64,000 nucleotides of DNA from Desulfatiglandales bacterium (GCA_963662465.1 OY759599.1:5536001-5600000), one strand, 5' to 3'; positions 41,201 through 51,538 are shown, counted from the first letter of the stretch. Notes: generated from the letters alone by a model not told the origin. Made by a program: numbers and translations.

Positions 41201-44200
41201 ACAGGCGATGTGGAACGGATATTCGCCAGGGAACATACGGGCCTGCTGAATCGCGATGATCGCCAGGAGCTGGAAGCCCAGTTCAAGGCGGAACCGTGGG
41301 AAAAAGAACCCTGGTTTCCAAACCTCCTGTCTTGCACGCCGACCCTTGAGATGGGAATTGATATCGGTAACCTGTCTTCACTGGTGTTGTGCTCCGTTCC
41401 GCCGGCCCAGACCAACTATTTACAGAGGACCGGAAGGTCGGGACGAAGGGACGGCAATGCCTTGAACATGACGGTGGCCAATGCCAGGCCCCATGATCTG
41501 TATTTTTTTGCTGAACCTGAGGAAATGCTGGCAGGCTTTGTGGACTCCCCCGGCATATTCTTGGACGCTTCCGCGGTTCTGGAACGACAGTTCACCGCAT
41601 TTTGTTTTGACCGCTGGGTTGCCGCCGATCATATCGCCCTGATTCCCAGAAAACTGGGCCAGGTGCTGAATAACCTGGAACCGGTTGACCGGAAGAAATT
41701 CCCGCACAATTTCATCCGCTATATTGAGACCCATCAGGCTGATTTATTAGATTCCTTTATCGGGCTGTTTCAAAGCAATGTGGGCCTAAGCCCCGAATCG
41801 GTCAAGAATCTTAAAACATTTGTTGAAGGAGACAAGGACTGGCAGGGGAGTCTCAGATACCGGATCATGAATGGGCTTCACAACCGCAAGAAGGAGAGAG
41901 ATTCCCTGCGTAAAAAAGTTCAGATCATGAATGGAAAAATCAATAAGAAAAAGAAAGGCCCTAAAGATAAGAACTTTGAAAAGGATCTGCGTGATCTGAG
42001 CATTGAAAAGTTTGCCCTTCAAGCTCTTGTAAAGAGCATCAGTGATCGCGATACCTATAACTTTTTCACCGATGAAGGGCTGCTTCCCAATTACGCCTTC
42101 CCTGAAGTGGGGGTGATGCTGAACTCCATCATATATCGCAAGAAATTGCAGGTTCAGGAGGGGGAAAGCAGTTATGATACCTGGAATTATGAGTATGAAA
42201 GGCCTGCCCGAAGCGCCATTGAGGAGCTGGCGCCGGCGAACACCTTTTATGCCGGTGGTCGCAGGGTAAAAGTAGACCAGGTGGATATGACCGTTTCAGA
42301 AGTCGAAACCTGGCGGTTTTGTAATAATTGTTCCCACAAGGAATTGATTGGAAAGGAAGAAGAAAAGAAAAGCTGCATCATGTGTGGCAGCCCCATGTGG
42401 TCCGATGAGGGACAGAAACGGTTGATGCTCAAGATGCGTCAGGTGTTTGCATCCACCTCCGACCAGAAAAGCCGTATCAGTGACGACAGCGACGACCGAG
42501 ATCCCACCTTTTATAACAAACAAATGCTGGTGGAATTTGATGACAAACAGGTCATGGAGGCTTTTAAAGTAGATGCTGATTTTCCATTCGGCTTTGATTT
42601 TCTTTCCAAGGTTGATTTTTGTGAAATAAACTTTGGCGAAAGAGATGAAATTGGCGATAAGATCACGATTGCCGGTGTGGAGACGCCCCGGAAGGGATTT
42701 AAGCTGTGCCGGGTATGCGGTAAAATTCAAGAAGATCGTAAAGAACCCGCTCATGCCTTTACCTGCACCGCACGGGACCAGGAGAGCGATAAGGACCTGA
42801 TCGACTGTATTTATCTCTACCGACAGTTCACCTCCGAAGCCATTCGCATCCTGCTCCCGGTGAGCATTATTGCCGAATCAGACAAAAAGCTGGAATCGTT
42901 TATCGCCGCAATGCAGTTGGGGCTCAAGAAGAAATTCAAAGGGAAGATCGACCATCTTCAAACCACCGTCCACGAAGAACCCCTGGCGGATTCTACATTC
43001 AAGCGAAAGTATCTGGTGCTTTACGACACGGTTCCAGGGGGAACCGGTTACCTTAAACAACTGATGCGTTCGGAAGACCCGTTAATGGAGGTCTTAAAAC
43101 TGGCCCTGGATACCCTTAAATCCTGCACATGCAACCAGCAGGAAGACAAGGACGGCTGCTATCGGTGCCTGTTTGCCTATCGAAACAGTTATAACATGCC
43201 AAAAACATCCAGGGATACGGCCATTGCGCTTTTTGCCGAAATATTGAGCTATCGTGAAAAGCTGATCAAGACGGATACCATCAAAAACATCTCCTTGAAT
43301 ACGCTCATTGAAAGCGAGCTGGAGGCCAGGTTTATAGGGGCTTTAAAGCGGTATAAATCCGATAAATTTTCGATCCTGCTCAAAAGTGATCTGGTGAATG
43401 GCAAACCCGGCTATTTTCTAAAAATCGGTGAACGCGCCTATTATATTGAGCCTCAGGTGAAATTGAATGAGCTGACCGGGGTGAGTGTTCCTTCCCGGGC
43501 GGATTTTGTGATTCGGCCCGCCCGTGTCAATGATCCTATGAAACCGATTGCCGTCTTTCTGGATGGTTTTACCTATCACCGGGATCGGGTGGGCGAGGAT
43601 ATGGCCCAGAGGATGGCCATTGCTCAGGGCGGCAAATATCATGTGTGGTCTTTAAGCTGGCACGACGTTGAAGATACGTTTACACCCCGGAAAGATTTTT
43701 ATGTGGATTTCCTTGACGCTGTGGGGCTTCCCGCCGGGGATAACTTCGATGCCCTTTTGACGGGGTACGGTTTGATCGACTTAAAAGGCCTGAATAAGCT
43801 GAACAGTTTCGCTTTACTGGTGGAATTTTTGCGGAAGCCTGAGGAGGATCGATGGCGTCTTTTTGTCTTCGTATTTTCTTTACTTCATGTAGATGGGGTG
43901 AAATTCTCCGAACAGAAAGCCATTGAAGAATGGACGTCAAAAATTGAAACCGATATGCCCGACGATATGGCTTCAAAGATCAAGGAAACAGATTGTCCCT
44001 GCCTTTATGGATACTACCGCGCAAAAAACCATGACGGTAATTTAGAGCTTCAGCAATATGTCGTGACGGAGCAGAAAGCCGTGATGCCACCAGGAGATGC
44101 CCTGGGGATCCGGTTTGGCTGCTGCCTGGAAGATGATGACGCCGACAAACAAGCCTCTGGGTATCAGGCTGTCTGGAATGGCTTTCTCAGGCTTTACAAC

Positions 44201-44623
44201 TTCTTTCAGTTCTTGCCTCATTCCTTCTTTGTATCAAGAGAAGGGCTCAAGAAAAAAGCGTATGACGCCATTAAGCTTTTCCATGCGGCTCCCACAAGTG
44301 GTGGACCGGAAGTCAACCCGGAAGATTCAAAATGGAATGAAATTTTGGAACTGACGGATGAAACCTTTCACGGTCTTCTGAATTTGCTCAAGAACAATGA
44401 CTGGCCCGTACCGGAAGCAGGATATGAATTGCAGCGCGGTAAAGGTGAAATAATTGGAACCGCTGAACTTGCCTGGGAGGAACTGAAAATCGCCTTTCTA
44501 TTGGAAGATGAACTTGGATTTGAAAGCCGATTTATAGATGCCCAATGGAAGGTTTTTTCGCTGATGGATGTGTTGAAAGATCCTGACAAATACCTACCCC
44601 TGAATAAAACGCAGGAGGATTAA
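38273..44623 (+). CDS. 2116-aa YprA/MrfA-like SF2 helicase with DUF1998 Zn domain and C-terminal Vsr-like nuclease
   Basis: PYLHQ, ATGTGSGKT, YPMNALATDQ, DELH, TSAT, TPTLEMGIDIG, QRTGRSGR; DUF1998 LYDTVPGGTGY...CTC...GCYRCL; tail EPQV...RADFVI...AVFLDGFTYH; many CxxC pairs. Confidence 0.92.
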   Translation: MIPSVLAQHVEQGIKDFLRTTFPVTTPFFFNMLENFLNEPGNVFKGPYLDIQLPFQQDKGGANYFPNLPMKFPPYLHQINAFDRLSGLTPKSTIIATGTGSGKTECFLYPILDHCYQHRGEPGIKAILIYPMNALATDQAGRLAELIYNSKLRGRVTAGIYVGQREKEPPKLMKPDKLISDKETMRLSPPDILLTNYKMLDYLLIRPDDRPLWDHNNPETLRFLVVDELHNFDGAQGSDLGCLIRRLKARLASPPEHLCCIGTSATLGSDEEQTELLSYASAVFGDKFQKDSVISELRLSAGEFLGDSLISHIDIVPEKKAADLDPANSNGYEEYIKAQYRLWFDEKIKTNFEDPGWRIQLGEKLKEHLFFQNLLKVLGGRIFSFDTIFLKLENITKGLKSNNAAYKTNMLNSLLALVSEARIKVISKKDNGKESAHIRPFLNVRLQIWLRELRRMVGEVSKEPRLRFADDLNEEQLNTHLPLVHCRECGSMGWAGLKLVRSSAIMGELKNFYYSFFNHDPKVVYLFPEEEGVRDQAQNVGMYYFCPQCLNVTTKPNPDQCPSCAHPELILVHMPDSRRRRGDRQISVNDCPYCDSQNSLTLLGSRAASLTSVMIVQLYSSTYNNDKKLLTFSDNVQDAAHRAGFFNGRTFRFNFRTALQKVVSSVGDGLQLSALQPVFTDYWLKQFDEKKYISTFLAPNMEWLHDYGHLKETGVLPGGSTLRKDVDRRVGWEIISEYGFRARIGRTLEKTGSSVAYVDPEILGTMVQRLLEPIQNEIGGFAALDERRLSRFLLGFLVHIKNQGGIWQPVLKSYIEGFGNTYVLNKTNWMPNFGQFSRAPAFLTTRRGTRFDQLHSASTTRRTWYLNWAEKCFLDLTPMVANASKPLYELILKILVDEKVLEENRVRGDWVWGIRPEALRLSPRVKQFRCERCGHNISVAEEESAYFEDAPCQRFHCYGKYRPQETGVDYYGKLYATGDVERIFAREHTGLLNRDDRQELEAQFKAEPWEKEPWFPNLLSCTPTLEMGIDIGNLSSLVLCSVPPAQTNYLQRTGRSGRRDGNALNMTVANARPHDLYFFAEPEEMLAGFVDSPGIFLDASAVLERQFTAFCFDRWVAADHIALIPRKLGQVLNNLEPVDRKKFPHNFIRYIETHQADLLDSFIGLFQSNVGLSPESVKNLKTFVEGDKDWQGSLRYRIMNGLHNRKKERDSLRKKVQIMNGKINKKKKGPKDKNFEKDLRDLSIEKFALQALVKSISDRDTYNFFTDEGLLPNYAFPEVGVMLNSIIYRKKLQVQEGESSYDTWNYEYERPARSAIEELAPANTFYAGGRRVKVDQVDMTVSEVETWRFCNNCSHKELIGKEEEKKSCIMCGSPMWSDEGQKRLMLKMRQVFASTSDQKSRISDDSDDRDPTFYNKQMLVEFDDKQVMEAFKVDADFPFGFDFLSKVDFCEINFGERDEIGDKITIAGVETPRKGFKLCRVCGKIQEDRKEPAHAFTCTARDQESDKDLIDCIYLYRQFTSEAIRILLPVSIIAESDKKLESFIAAMQLGLKKKFKGKIDHLQTTVHEEPLADSTFKRKYLVLYDTVPGGTGYLKQLMRSEDPLMEVLKLALDTLKSCTCNQQEDKDGCYRCLFAYRNSYNMPKTSRDTAIALFAEILSYREKLIKTDTIKNISLNTLIESELEARFIGALKRYKSDKFSILLKSDLVNGKPGYFLKIGERAYYIEPQVKLNELTGVSVPSRADFVIRPARVNDPMKPIAVFLDGFTYHRDRVGEDMAQRMAIAQGGKYHVWSLSWHDVEDTFTPRKDFYVDFLDAVGLPAGDNFDALLTGYGLIDLKGLNKLNSFALLVEFLRKPEEDRWRLFVFVFSLLHVDGVKFSEQKAIEEWTSKIETDMPDDMASKIKETDCPCLYGYYRAKNHDGNLELQQYVVTEQKAVMPPGDALGIRFGCCLEDDDADKQASGYQAVWNGFLRLYNFFQFLPHSFFVSREGLKKKAYDAIKLFHAAPTSGGPEVNPEDSKWNEILELTDETFHGLLNLLKNNDWPVPEAGYELQRGKGEIIGTAELAWEELKIAFLLEDELGFESRFIDAQWKVFSLMDVLKDPDKYLPLNKTQED

Positions 44624-44628
44624 ACGAA

Positions 44629-46779
44629 ATGGCTGCCATGAGTGGAGCAAAGGTTGCAATTGCATCGGAATTTTTAAATGCATTTGCCGGTATCCCTAAG
44701 AAACAACAGGGAAAGGTGCTTGAATTTATATCAATTTTTCGATCCAATCCCTTGGCCTCCAGTATCAATTATGAGAAAATTGCGACCTTTAAAGACCAGA
44801 CATTGCGATCTGTAAGAATCGATCACACCTATCGTGGGATTGTGAAAAAACCGGATACCGGAAATATCTTCCTGCTCCTGTGGGTGGATCATCATGATAA
44901 AGCCTATAAGTGGGCACGGAATAAGATATGCACAATCCATCCTGAAACTGGAAGCGTGCAGATATTTGATGTGAAGGATGTCCCGGCGGCGACTTCAGAC
45001 GTTTCGGTTCCAAGTGAAAAAAAAGACGAAAAAGGCCTCTATGACGGTATTCGCGACCGACAGCTTCTGCGTCTGGGCGTGCCTGAAGTATTACTGCCCC
45101 TGGTTCGTTCCATCAAAACAGAGGAAGAACTCGATCTCTCAGCCGAAAAACTGCCGCAGGAAGCTTATGAAGCTCTGTTCTTTCTGGCAGCCGGGGACAG
45201 CTTGGAAGAGGTTTTTCTGGAAATGGATAAATCAGAAGAACCGCAGAAAGTGGATACCAATGACTTTGAATCAGCGTTATCAAAACCTGACTCCAAACGT
45301 CGTTTCTTCGTTGCCGATGACGACCTGGAACTAGCCGGCATCTTGAATGCACCCCTTGAAAAGTGGCGGGTTTTCCTTCATCCCTCACAACGAAAGCTTG
45401 TTGAAAACAAATGGAATGGTCCTGTTCGGGTCCTGGGTGGTGCAGGCACCGGGAAAACGGTTGTGGCTATGCATCGAGCACAGTACCTGGCCCAACATGT
45501 TTTTAACAAGGAGAACGACCGTATCCTTTTTACAACATTTACCCGGAACCTGGCGGCTGATATCGGGGAAAACCTCTCGAAAATATGTCCTGACAAGGTG
45601 ATGCGCCGCATTGAAGTCGTTAATCTTGACCGATGGGTGTCTGATTTTCTGAATCGCAACGGGTATGCCTATAAAATTGATTATGGCGCACAAACAGGGG
45701 CTTTGTGGGAAAAGGCCCTTGATATGATGCCGACGGATCTTGCTTTTGATGAAATTTTCTACCGGGATGAATGGGAAAGGATCATTCAGCCTCAGGAAAT
45801 TGAGACGCTGCAAGCGTATTTCAAAGCTTCCAGATTGGGGCGGGGCGTCAGATTAAGCCGGAAAATGCGAAAGGAAGTGTGGCCTGTTTTTGAAGAGTAC
45901 CGGGTTTTGCTGAATGAACAGGGACTTAAAGAGGCCGATGACGCGAAGCGGGATGCCAGAAAGCTGCTTCAAGCCAAAGGGAATGTACTGCCTTACCGGG
46001 CTGTCATTGTCGATGAAGCCCAGGATATGGGACCCCAGGCGTTCAAACTCATCCGCCAGATGATACCCGAGGTTAATGTAGGAAATGATATCTTTATCGT
46101 AGGCGATGCGCACCAGCGAATTTACAGGCATAAGGTCGTATTAAGTCATTGCGGAATAAACATTCGGGGGCGCAGCCGAAAACTCCGTATCAATTACCGA
46201 ACAACCGATGAAACCAGAAGATGGGCCGTAAGTCTCCTGAAAGGGGTTCAGATAGACGATCTCGATGACGGAGTTGACGACCAGAAAGGATACAAATCAT
46301 TGCTTCATGGTGCTGAACCGGTAGTTAGGGATTTTGCTTCTTTTAATGAAGAAATCGATTTTATAACAGAATATCTCACGAAGATTGGAGATGAAGAAAA
46401 CCCACTGAATGGTGTGTGCCTGGTGGCCCGAACCAACCGATTGCTGAAACAATATGAAAGCGTACTGAACGAAAAAGGGATAGCCATATTCCGTATCCGA
46501 AGAAGTGATCCGGAAGATCGTGCGGCGCCAGGAATTCGGCTTGCAACAATGCATCGTGTAAAGGGGCTTGAATTCGACCGGGTGATTATTGCTGGAGTCA
46601 ACGACGGGGTTGTGCCTTTTGCGGGAATGGGTTCCGGTTCCTCAGACCCCGTGATCCAAATGGAATCAGAAGTGCATGAGCGGGCACTATTATATGTTTC
46701 TGCCACCAGGGCCAAGAGAGAGGTACTCGTGACCAGTTTTGGAAAACCGAGTCGGTTTTTGGGGGAAGATAGACTTTGA
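44629..46779 (+). CDS. UvrD-like SF1 helicase with N-terminal RelE-like domain
   Basis: GGAGTGKT, VDEAQD, GDAHQRIY, TMHRVKGLEF, LYVSATRA; N-terminus RSVRIDHTYRGIV...LLWVDHHDKAY. Confidence 0.88.
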   Translation: MAAMSGAKVAIASEFLNAFAGIPKKQQGKVLEFISIFRSNPLASSINYEKIATFKDQTLRSVRIDHTYRGIVKKPDTGNIFLLLWVDHHDKAYKWARNKICTIHPETGSVQIFDVKDVPAATSDVSVPSEKKDEKGLYDGIRDRQLLRLGVPEVLLPLVRSIKTEEELDLSAEKLPQEAYEALFFLAAGDSLEEVFLEMDKSEEPQKVDTNDFESALSKPDSKRRFFVADDDLELAGILNAPLEKWRVFLHPSQRKLVENKWNGPVRVLGGAGTGKTVVAMHRAQYLAQHVFNKENDRILFTTFTRNLAADIGENLSKICPDKVMRRIEVVNLDRWVSDFLNRNGYAYKIDYGAQTGALWEKALDMMPTDLAFDEIFYRDEWERIIQPQEIETLQAYFKASRLGRGVRLSRKMRKEVWPVFEEYRVLLNEQGLKEADDAKRDARKLLQAKGNVLPYRAVIVDEAQDMGPQAFKLIRQMIPEVNVGNDIFIVGDAHQRIYRHKVVLSHCGINIRGRSRKLRINYRTTDETRRWAVSLLKGVQIDDLDDGVDDQKGYKSLLHGAEPVVRDFASFNEEIDFITEYLTKIGDEENPLNGVCLVARTNRLLKQYESVLNEKGIAIFRIRRSDPEDRAAPGIRLATMHRVKGLEFDRVIIAGVNDGVVPFAGMGSGSSDPVIQMESEVHERALLYVSATRAKREVLVTSFGKPSRFLGEDRL

Positions 46780-46809
46780 TTTTTGACTTGAATTGATTAG
46801 GAGGATTTC

Positions 46810-47052
46810 ATGGGTGATTCGCCTCAAGATATGGCGCAAAGGTTATCAGAATACGTAAATGAACTGTATGAAGCTAGAACTTCTGGAGTATTTGAGCGAA
46901 GTGTTTTGCCAATAGATGTTCCAGAGATGAAGACTACTGCAAACTTTATTCTTCGAAAAATCAAAGAAAAGGACCGTGACCAGTATTCGGCTCTGCTTCA
47001 AAGCATTGGTGAAAATGAAGAACCTCTAGAAAAAGTGGCTGTGACACAATAG
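46810..47052 (+). CDS. Small hypothetical protein
   Basis: 80-aa ORF with a strong AGGAGG RBS in an operon-like position. Confidence 0.6.
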   Translation: MGDSPQDMAQRLSEYVNELYEARTSGVFERSVLPIDVPEMKTTANFILRKIKEKDRDQYSALLQSIGENEEPLEKVAVTQ

Positions 47053-47062
47053 GGGAGAAGAA

Positions 47063-48269
47063 ATGAAAATCCTCCACACATCAGACTGGCACTTAGGCCG
47101 CTCCCTTTACGGGAGGAAACGCTATGATGAGTTTTCTGCATTTCTGGATTGGCTGGCCCAAACCATTGAGAATGAAGGGATCGATGCACTGCTTGTGGCC
47201 GGTGATGTGTTTGATACCAGTACGCCCAGCAATCGGGCGCAGGAGCTCTACTTGCCGCCATGTTATTGTTATTTCAGGTAATCATGACTCCCCATCATTT
47301 CTGAATGCCCCCAAAGAACTGCTGCGGTCGCTGAATGTTTATGTGGTCGGTTCCATGACGGAAGCCTTGGAAGATGAAGTGATCGTTCTTCACAAAGATG
47401 AACAGCCGGAGGCAATTGTCTGTGCGGTGCCGTATTTGCGCGATAAGGATATCCGCACGGTCGAGCCCGGAGAAACCATTGACGACAAAAATGCCAAGCT
47501 GGTTGAGGGGCTTAAAAAACACTATGCGGATGTCTGTGACATTGCGGAGCAAAAACGTTTCGAATTTGAAAAAGATGAACATACAAATATTCCCATCGTT
47601 GCCATGGGGCACCTCTTTACTGTGGGCGGCAAGACCGTTGACGGAGACGGCGTCCGGGAGCTTTATGTAGGCTCATTGACCCATGTGGGTGACGATGTAT
47701 TCCCTACATCAATCGATTACCTCGCTCTTGGGCATCTGCACGTTCCTCAGGCCGTTGGCAGTGCAGAGCACATTCGCTATTGCGGTTCACCCATACCGAT
47801 GGGCTATGGCGAAGCGACTCAGGAAAAGAAGGTTGTTCTGATTGAGTTCAACTGTACTACTCCGAATATTCAGGAAGTTCCGGTGCCGTGTTTTCAGCAA
47901 TTAGCCCGCATTGTGGGGTCACTGGATGATATCCATTCAAAGGTCGCACAGCTGAAAAAGGAAGAAAGCCGGGCGTGGCTTGAGGTTGAATATACAGGTA
48001 GTGATATCATCGGCAACCTGTGGGACATACTCGATGAAGTTCTAGCCGACTCCGCCATGGAAATTCGGCGGATAAAAAATAGGCGGGTTATTGACCGAGT
48101 AATCAGTACCATTGCTGAAGATGAAACTCTGGATGATCTCGATGTTTGTGATGTTTTTACCCGCTGTCTGGATGCTTTTGATGTGGCTGATGAAGACCGG
48201 GAGGAGCTGTCGGCATCCTATAACGAAGTAATCAAGTCTCTCCATGAGGAAGACGTAAACGAGAAATAG
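47063..48269 (+). pseudogene. sbcD: SbcD nuclease, frameshifted by a short internal deletion
   Basis: HTSDWHLG and AGDVFD in one frame; CRHVIVISGNHDS, MGHLF and ALGHLH in another; junction near 47250 (QELY/CRH). Confidence 0.88.
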
Positions 48270-48280
48270 AGAGGCTGATT

Positions 48281-51200
48281 ATGAAGATACTTGAACTCAG
48301 ATTTAAAAACCTCAACTCCCTTTACGGTGAATGGGTCATTGATTTTACAGACCCGGAATATGTGGGCAATGGAATTTTTGCTCTGACCGGACCAACCGGT
48401 GCGGGTAAGTCGACCATTCTTGACGCCATCTGCCTTGCCTTGTACGGCTCAACACCCCGCCTTGGGAAAATCACCAAGAGCGGAAACGAAATCATGTCGC
48501 GCCAGACCGGTGAGTGTTATGCCGAGGTGTTATTTGAATCACAGACTGGTCACTTCCGTTGCCATTGGGAACAACGCCGCGCTCGAAAAAGAGCTGATGG
48601 TAATTTACAGGACCAGGAACATCAGATTGCGGATGCCGATACCGGCAAGCCTATCGAAACCAAAAAGAGTCTGGTCTCCAGGGTTATTGAAGAAAAAACA
48701 GGGATGGACTTTACCCGTTTTACCCGGTCCATTCTTCTGGCCCAGGGGGGCTTTGATACCTTCCTGAGGGCGGACGTTGAACAGAAATCAAAGATCCTGG
48801 AGCAGATAACCGGTACAGGGATTTATTCTGAAATTTCAAGGCGAGTTCACGAGCGCCAGCGTGAAGAACGGGAAAAGCTGAATCTGCTTGAAGCTAAAAT
48901 ATCAGGCATTGTGATTCTGGAGCCGGAACAGGAAACAGAAATTCAAAAGGAACTCGAGGCAAAGCAAAAAGAAGAAACAGACCTTGCCGGCAAGTCAACT
49001 GAAACGGGAAAAGGCATTACATGGTTGAAAGCCATTGACGGACTGAAAAAAGAAATCAGTAGCCTGTCAGAGGAGTCAGTTAAACTGCAGAGCAATATAG
49101 AAGCTTTCAAACCAGAACGTGGCAGACTTGACCTGGCAATAAAGGCAGCGGCACTGGATGGCTCCTTTGCAACGCTCACAGCAATCCGAAAACAGCAAGT
49201 GAATGATCATACGGCCCTGAAAACCGAGGAAGAGACTCTTCCTGGACTGGAATCCTCTGCCAAAGAACAGGATGAATCACTCAAGTTAGCTGAACAGCAG
49301 ACCATCAAAGCGAAAGAGGAACTGAAAACTGCTTCACCACTCATTCAGAAAGTTCGCTCCCTTGACCAAAAGCTCGCCGAGCAAAAAGAGGCTCTTTCGG
49401 AAGGCGAAGACAGCGTCAAAAAAGATGCAGGAAAAATTGATTCCAATAAACAGGTCAGATTTAAGGAGCTGGAAAAACGTACCAAGGCTGGAAAAAATCT
49501 GGAACTTGCGGAAGGCTATCTCAAGGTACATGCTCGGGATGAGTGGCTGATAAGTAATCTGGCTGGGATTGAAGAACAGCTGAGCCGTTTGCTCTCCAAA
49601 CAAAAAGAGATTGCTCAAAAAGAGCTCGATCGAAAGAAGGCTGACTCGGTTCTGGTGCAGGCGATAAAGAAACTCGATGATTGCACAAAGCGATGCGGGA
49701 CCCGGAAGCGGGAACTGGAGGACGCATCCAAAAATCTCGAGCAAGGTAAAGATGCTTTGAGAGAGTTGCTGGTTGATCGGTTTCTGCGTGAATACCGAGC
49801 AGAGAAGGAAACATTGCTTCGTGAAATGACCTTTCTGGCAAGGATTGCGGAGCTTGAGGACCACCGGGCGAAACTGGAAGATGGTAAACCCTGCCCACTC
49901 TGCGGGGCGGAAGAGCATCCCTTTGCGAGAGGGAATGTGCCTGTTCCTGATGAAACGGAAAAGAAGATTGAGGTACTCACAAAACTGATAAGGAAGGCTG
50001 AGGACCAAGAAACTGCCATCAAGAAACTTGAAAAAGCCGAGGTCTCTACCCGTAAGAATCTGACGGACAGTGAAAAACTGGAAACAACCGCAGCAAATGA
50101 TAAAATGGCCGCTGAAAAAACCCTTTCGGAGTTGAAGGATAGCTTGGGAAAAATCAGAGCTGTTTTTAAGGAATTGAAACAGGCTGTATCCGCCAAACTC
50201 CAGCCCCTCGGCATTACGGAAATTCCCGATGACGATGTTTCTTCACTGCTTGAATCACTCAGAAAACGCCTGAACGTATGGCAGGATCAAGTTAAGAAAA
50301 AAAATGAAATCGAAAACCGGATTGCGGACCTCGACAGCGAGATGAAGCGTCTGGATGCGGTCATAGAAACTCAAAGCAACTCTTTGAAAGAGAAACAGGA
50401 ACGGCTGGAGGCCCTGAAAAAGGAAAAGACTGCCGGAAGCGATGAACGGAAAGAATTGTATGGTGATAAAAAGCCCGACGATGAAGAGCTCCGCCTGAAC
50501 AAGGCTGTTGCCGATGCTGAGGAAGCAGAAAAGAAGGTCAGAACCCGGCACAGTGAGCTGCAGCAGAAATTGAACACCGCAAAGACTCATGTTGAATCCC
50601 TGAAAAAGCGCATTGACCAGCGAGATCCAGAACTGAAAAAATCGGAAACCGAATTTACAGCAGCGCTTGGACCTTTTGGTTTTATGGATGAAAAACAGTT
50701 TCTTGAAGCCAGACTTACAGCTGAACAGCGGGATGCTCTGTCTGCAAAAGCGAAGGAGCTGGACGACGGCCAAACAGATCTCAAGGCCAGACAAAAAGAC
50801 CGTGAAATGCGTTTGGCCACGGAAATTGCCAAAAAGGTTACGGACAAACCCCTTCAAGAACTGGAACCCCAATTCAAAGAGTATGAAGAATCTTTGAAAC
50901 AGCTGCAAAACACCATTGCTGGTTTTAAGCACAAGCTGAGTGAAAATACAGCTGCCAGAGAGCGGGTAAAGGAAAAGCAAATGGCCATAAAGGCTCAGAA
51001 AAAAGAATGCCACCGATGGGAAAAGCTGCACGGCCTGATCGGATCTGCGGATGGTAAGAAATACCGCAACTTTGCCCAGGGGCTGACCTTTGAGTTGATG
51101 GTGTCACATGCTAACCTTCAGCTGGAAAAGATGACCGACCGCTACCTGCTTATTCGTGATGATGAACAACCCTTGGAGTTGAACGTCGTAGATAACTATC

Positions 51201-51538
51201 AGGCCGGTGAAATCAGGTCGACCAAGAACCTGTCCGGTGGTGAAAGCTTCATTGTAAGTCTTACACTGGCGCTGGGACTTTCACGGATGGCCAGCCGAAA
51301 GGTTCGGGTGGATTCCCTGTTTCTTGATGAAGGTTTCGGCACCTTGGACGAAGAGTCCCTGGATGCCGCACTTGAAACTTTATCCAGCCTCCAACAGGAT
51401 GGCAAACTTATTGGAGTCATCTCCCATGTATCCGCAATGAAGGAAAGAATCAGCACTCAAATTACCATTAATCCTTTATCAGGTGGGAAAAGTACACTGG
51501 CCGGTCCGGGATGCATCAGAGTTGTTAATAGCAAATGA
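48281..51538 (+). CDS. sbcC: SbcC/Rad50-like ATPase
   Basis: GPTGAGKS, LAQGGF, zinc hook CPLCG, LSGGESF, LFLDEGFGTLD, ISHV. Confidence 0.94.
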   Translation: MKILELRFKNLNSLYGEWVIDFTDPEYVGNGIFALTGPTGAGKSTILDAICLALYGSTPRLGKITKSGNEIMSRQTGECYAEVLFESQTGHFRCHWEQRRARKRADGNLQDQEHQIADADTGKPIETKKSLVSRVIEEKTGMDFTRFTRSILLAQGGFDTFLRADVEQKSKILEQITGTGIYSEISRRVHERQREEREKLNLLEAKISGIVILEPEQETEIQKELEAKQKEETDLAGKSTETGKGITWLKAIDGLKKEISSLSEESVKLQSNIEAFKPERGRLDLAIKAAALDGSFATLTAIRKQQVNDHTALKTEEETLPGLESSAKEQDESLKLAEQQTIKAKEELKTASPLIQKVRSLDQKLAEQKEALSEGEDSVKKDAGKIDSNKQVRFKELEKRTKAGKNLELAEGYLKVHARDEWLISNLAGIEEQLSRLLSKQKEIAQKELDRKKADSVLVQAIKKLDDCTKRCGTRKRELEDASKNLEQGKDALRELLVDRFLREYRAEKETLLREMTFLARIAELEDHRAKLEDGKPCPLCGAEEHPFARGNVPVPDETEKKIEVLTKLIRKAEDQETAIKKLEKAEVSTRKNLTDSEKLETTAANDKMAAEKTLSELKDSLGKIRAVFKELKQAVSAKLQPLGITEIPDDDVSSLLESLRKRLNVWQDQVKKKNEIENRIADLDSEMKRLDAVIETQSNSLKEKQERLEALKKEKTAGSDERKELYGDKKPDDEELRLNKAVADAEEAEKKVRTRHSELQQKLNTAKTHVESLKKRIDQRDPELKKSETEFTAALGPFGFMDEKQFLEARLTAEQRDALSAKAKELDDGQTDLKARQKDREMRLATEIAKKVTDKPLQELEPQFKEYEESLKQLQNTIAGFKHKLSENTAARERVKEKQMAIKAQKKECHRWEKLHGLIGSADGKKYRNFAQGLTFELMVSHANLQLEKMTDRYLLIRDDEQPLELNVVDNYQAGEIRSTKNLSGGESFIVSLTLALGLSRMASRKVRVDSLFLDEGFGTLDEESLDAALETLSSLQQDGKLIGVISHVSAMKERISTQITINPLSGGKSTLAGPGCIRVVNSK

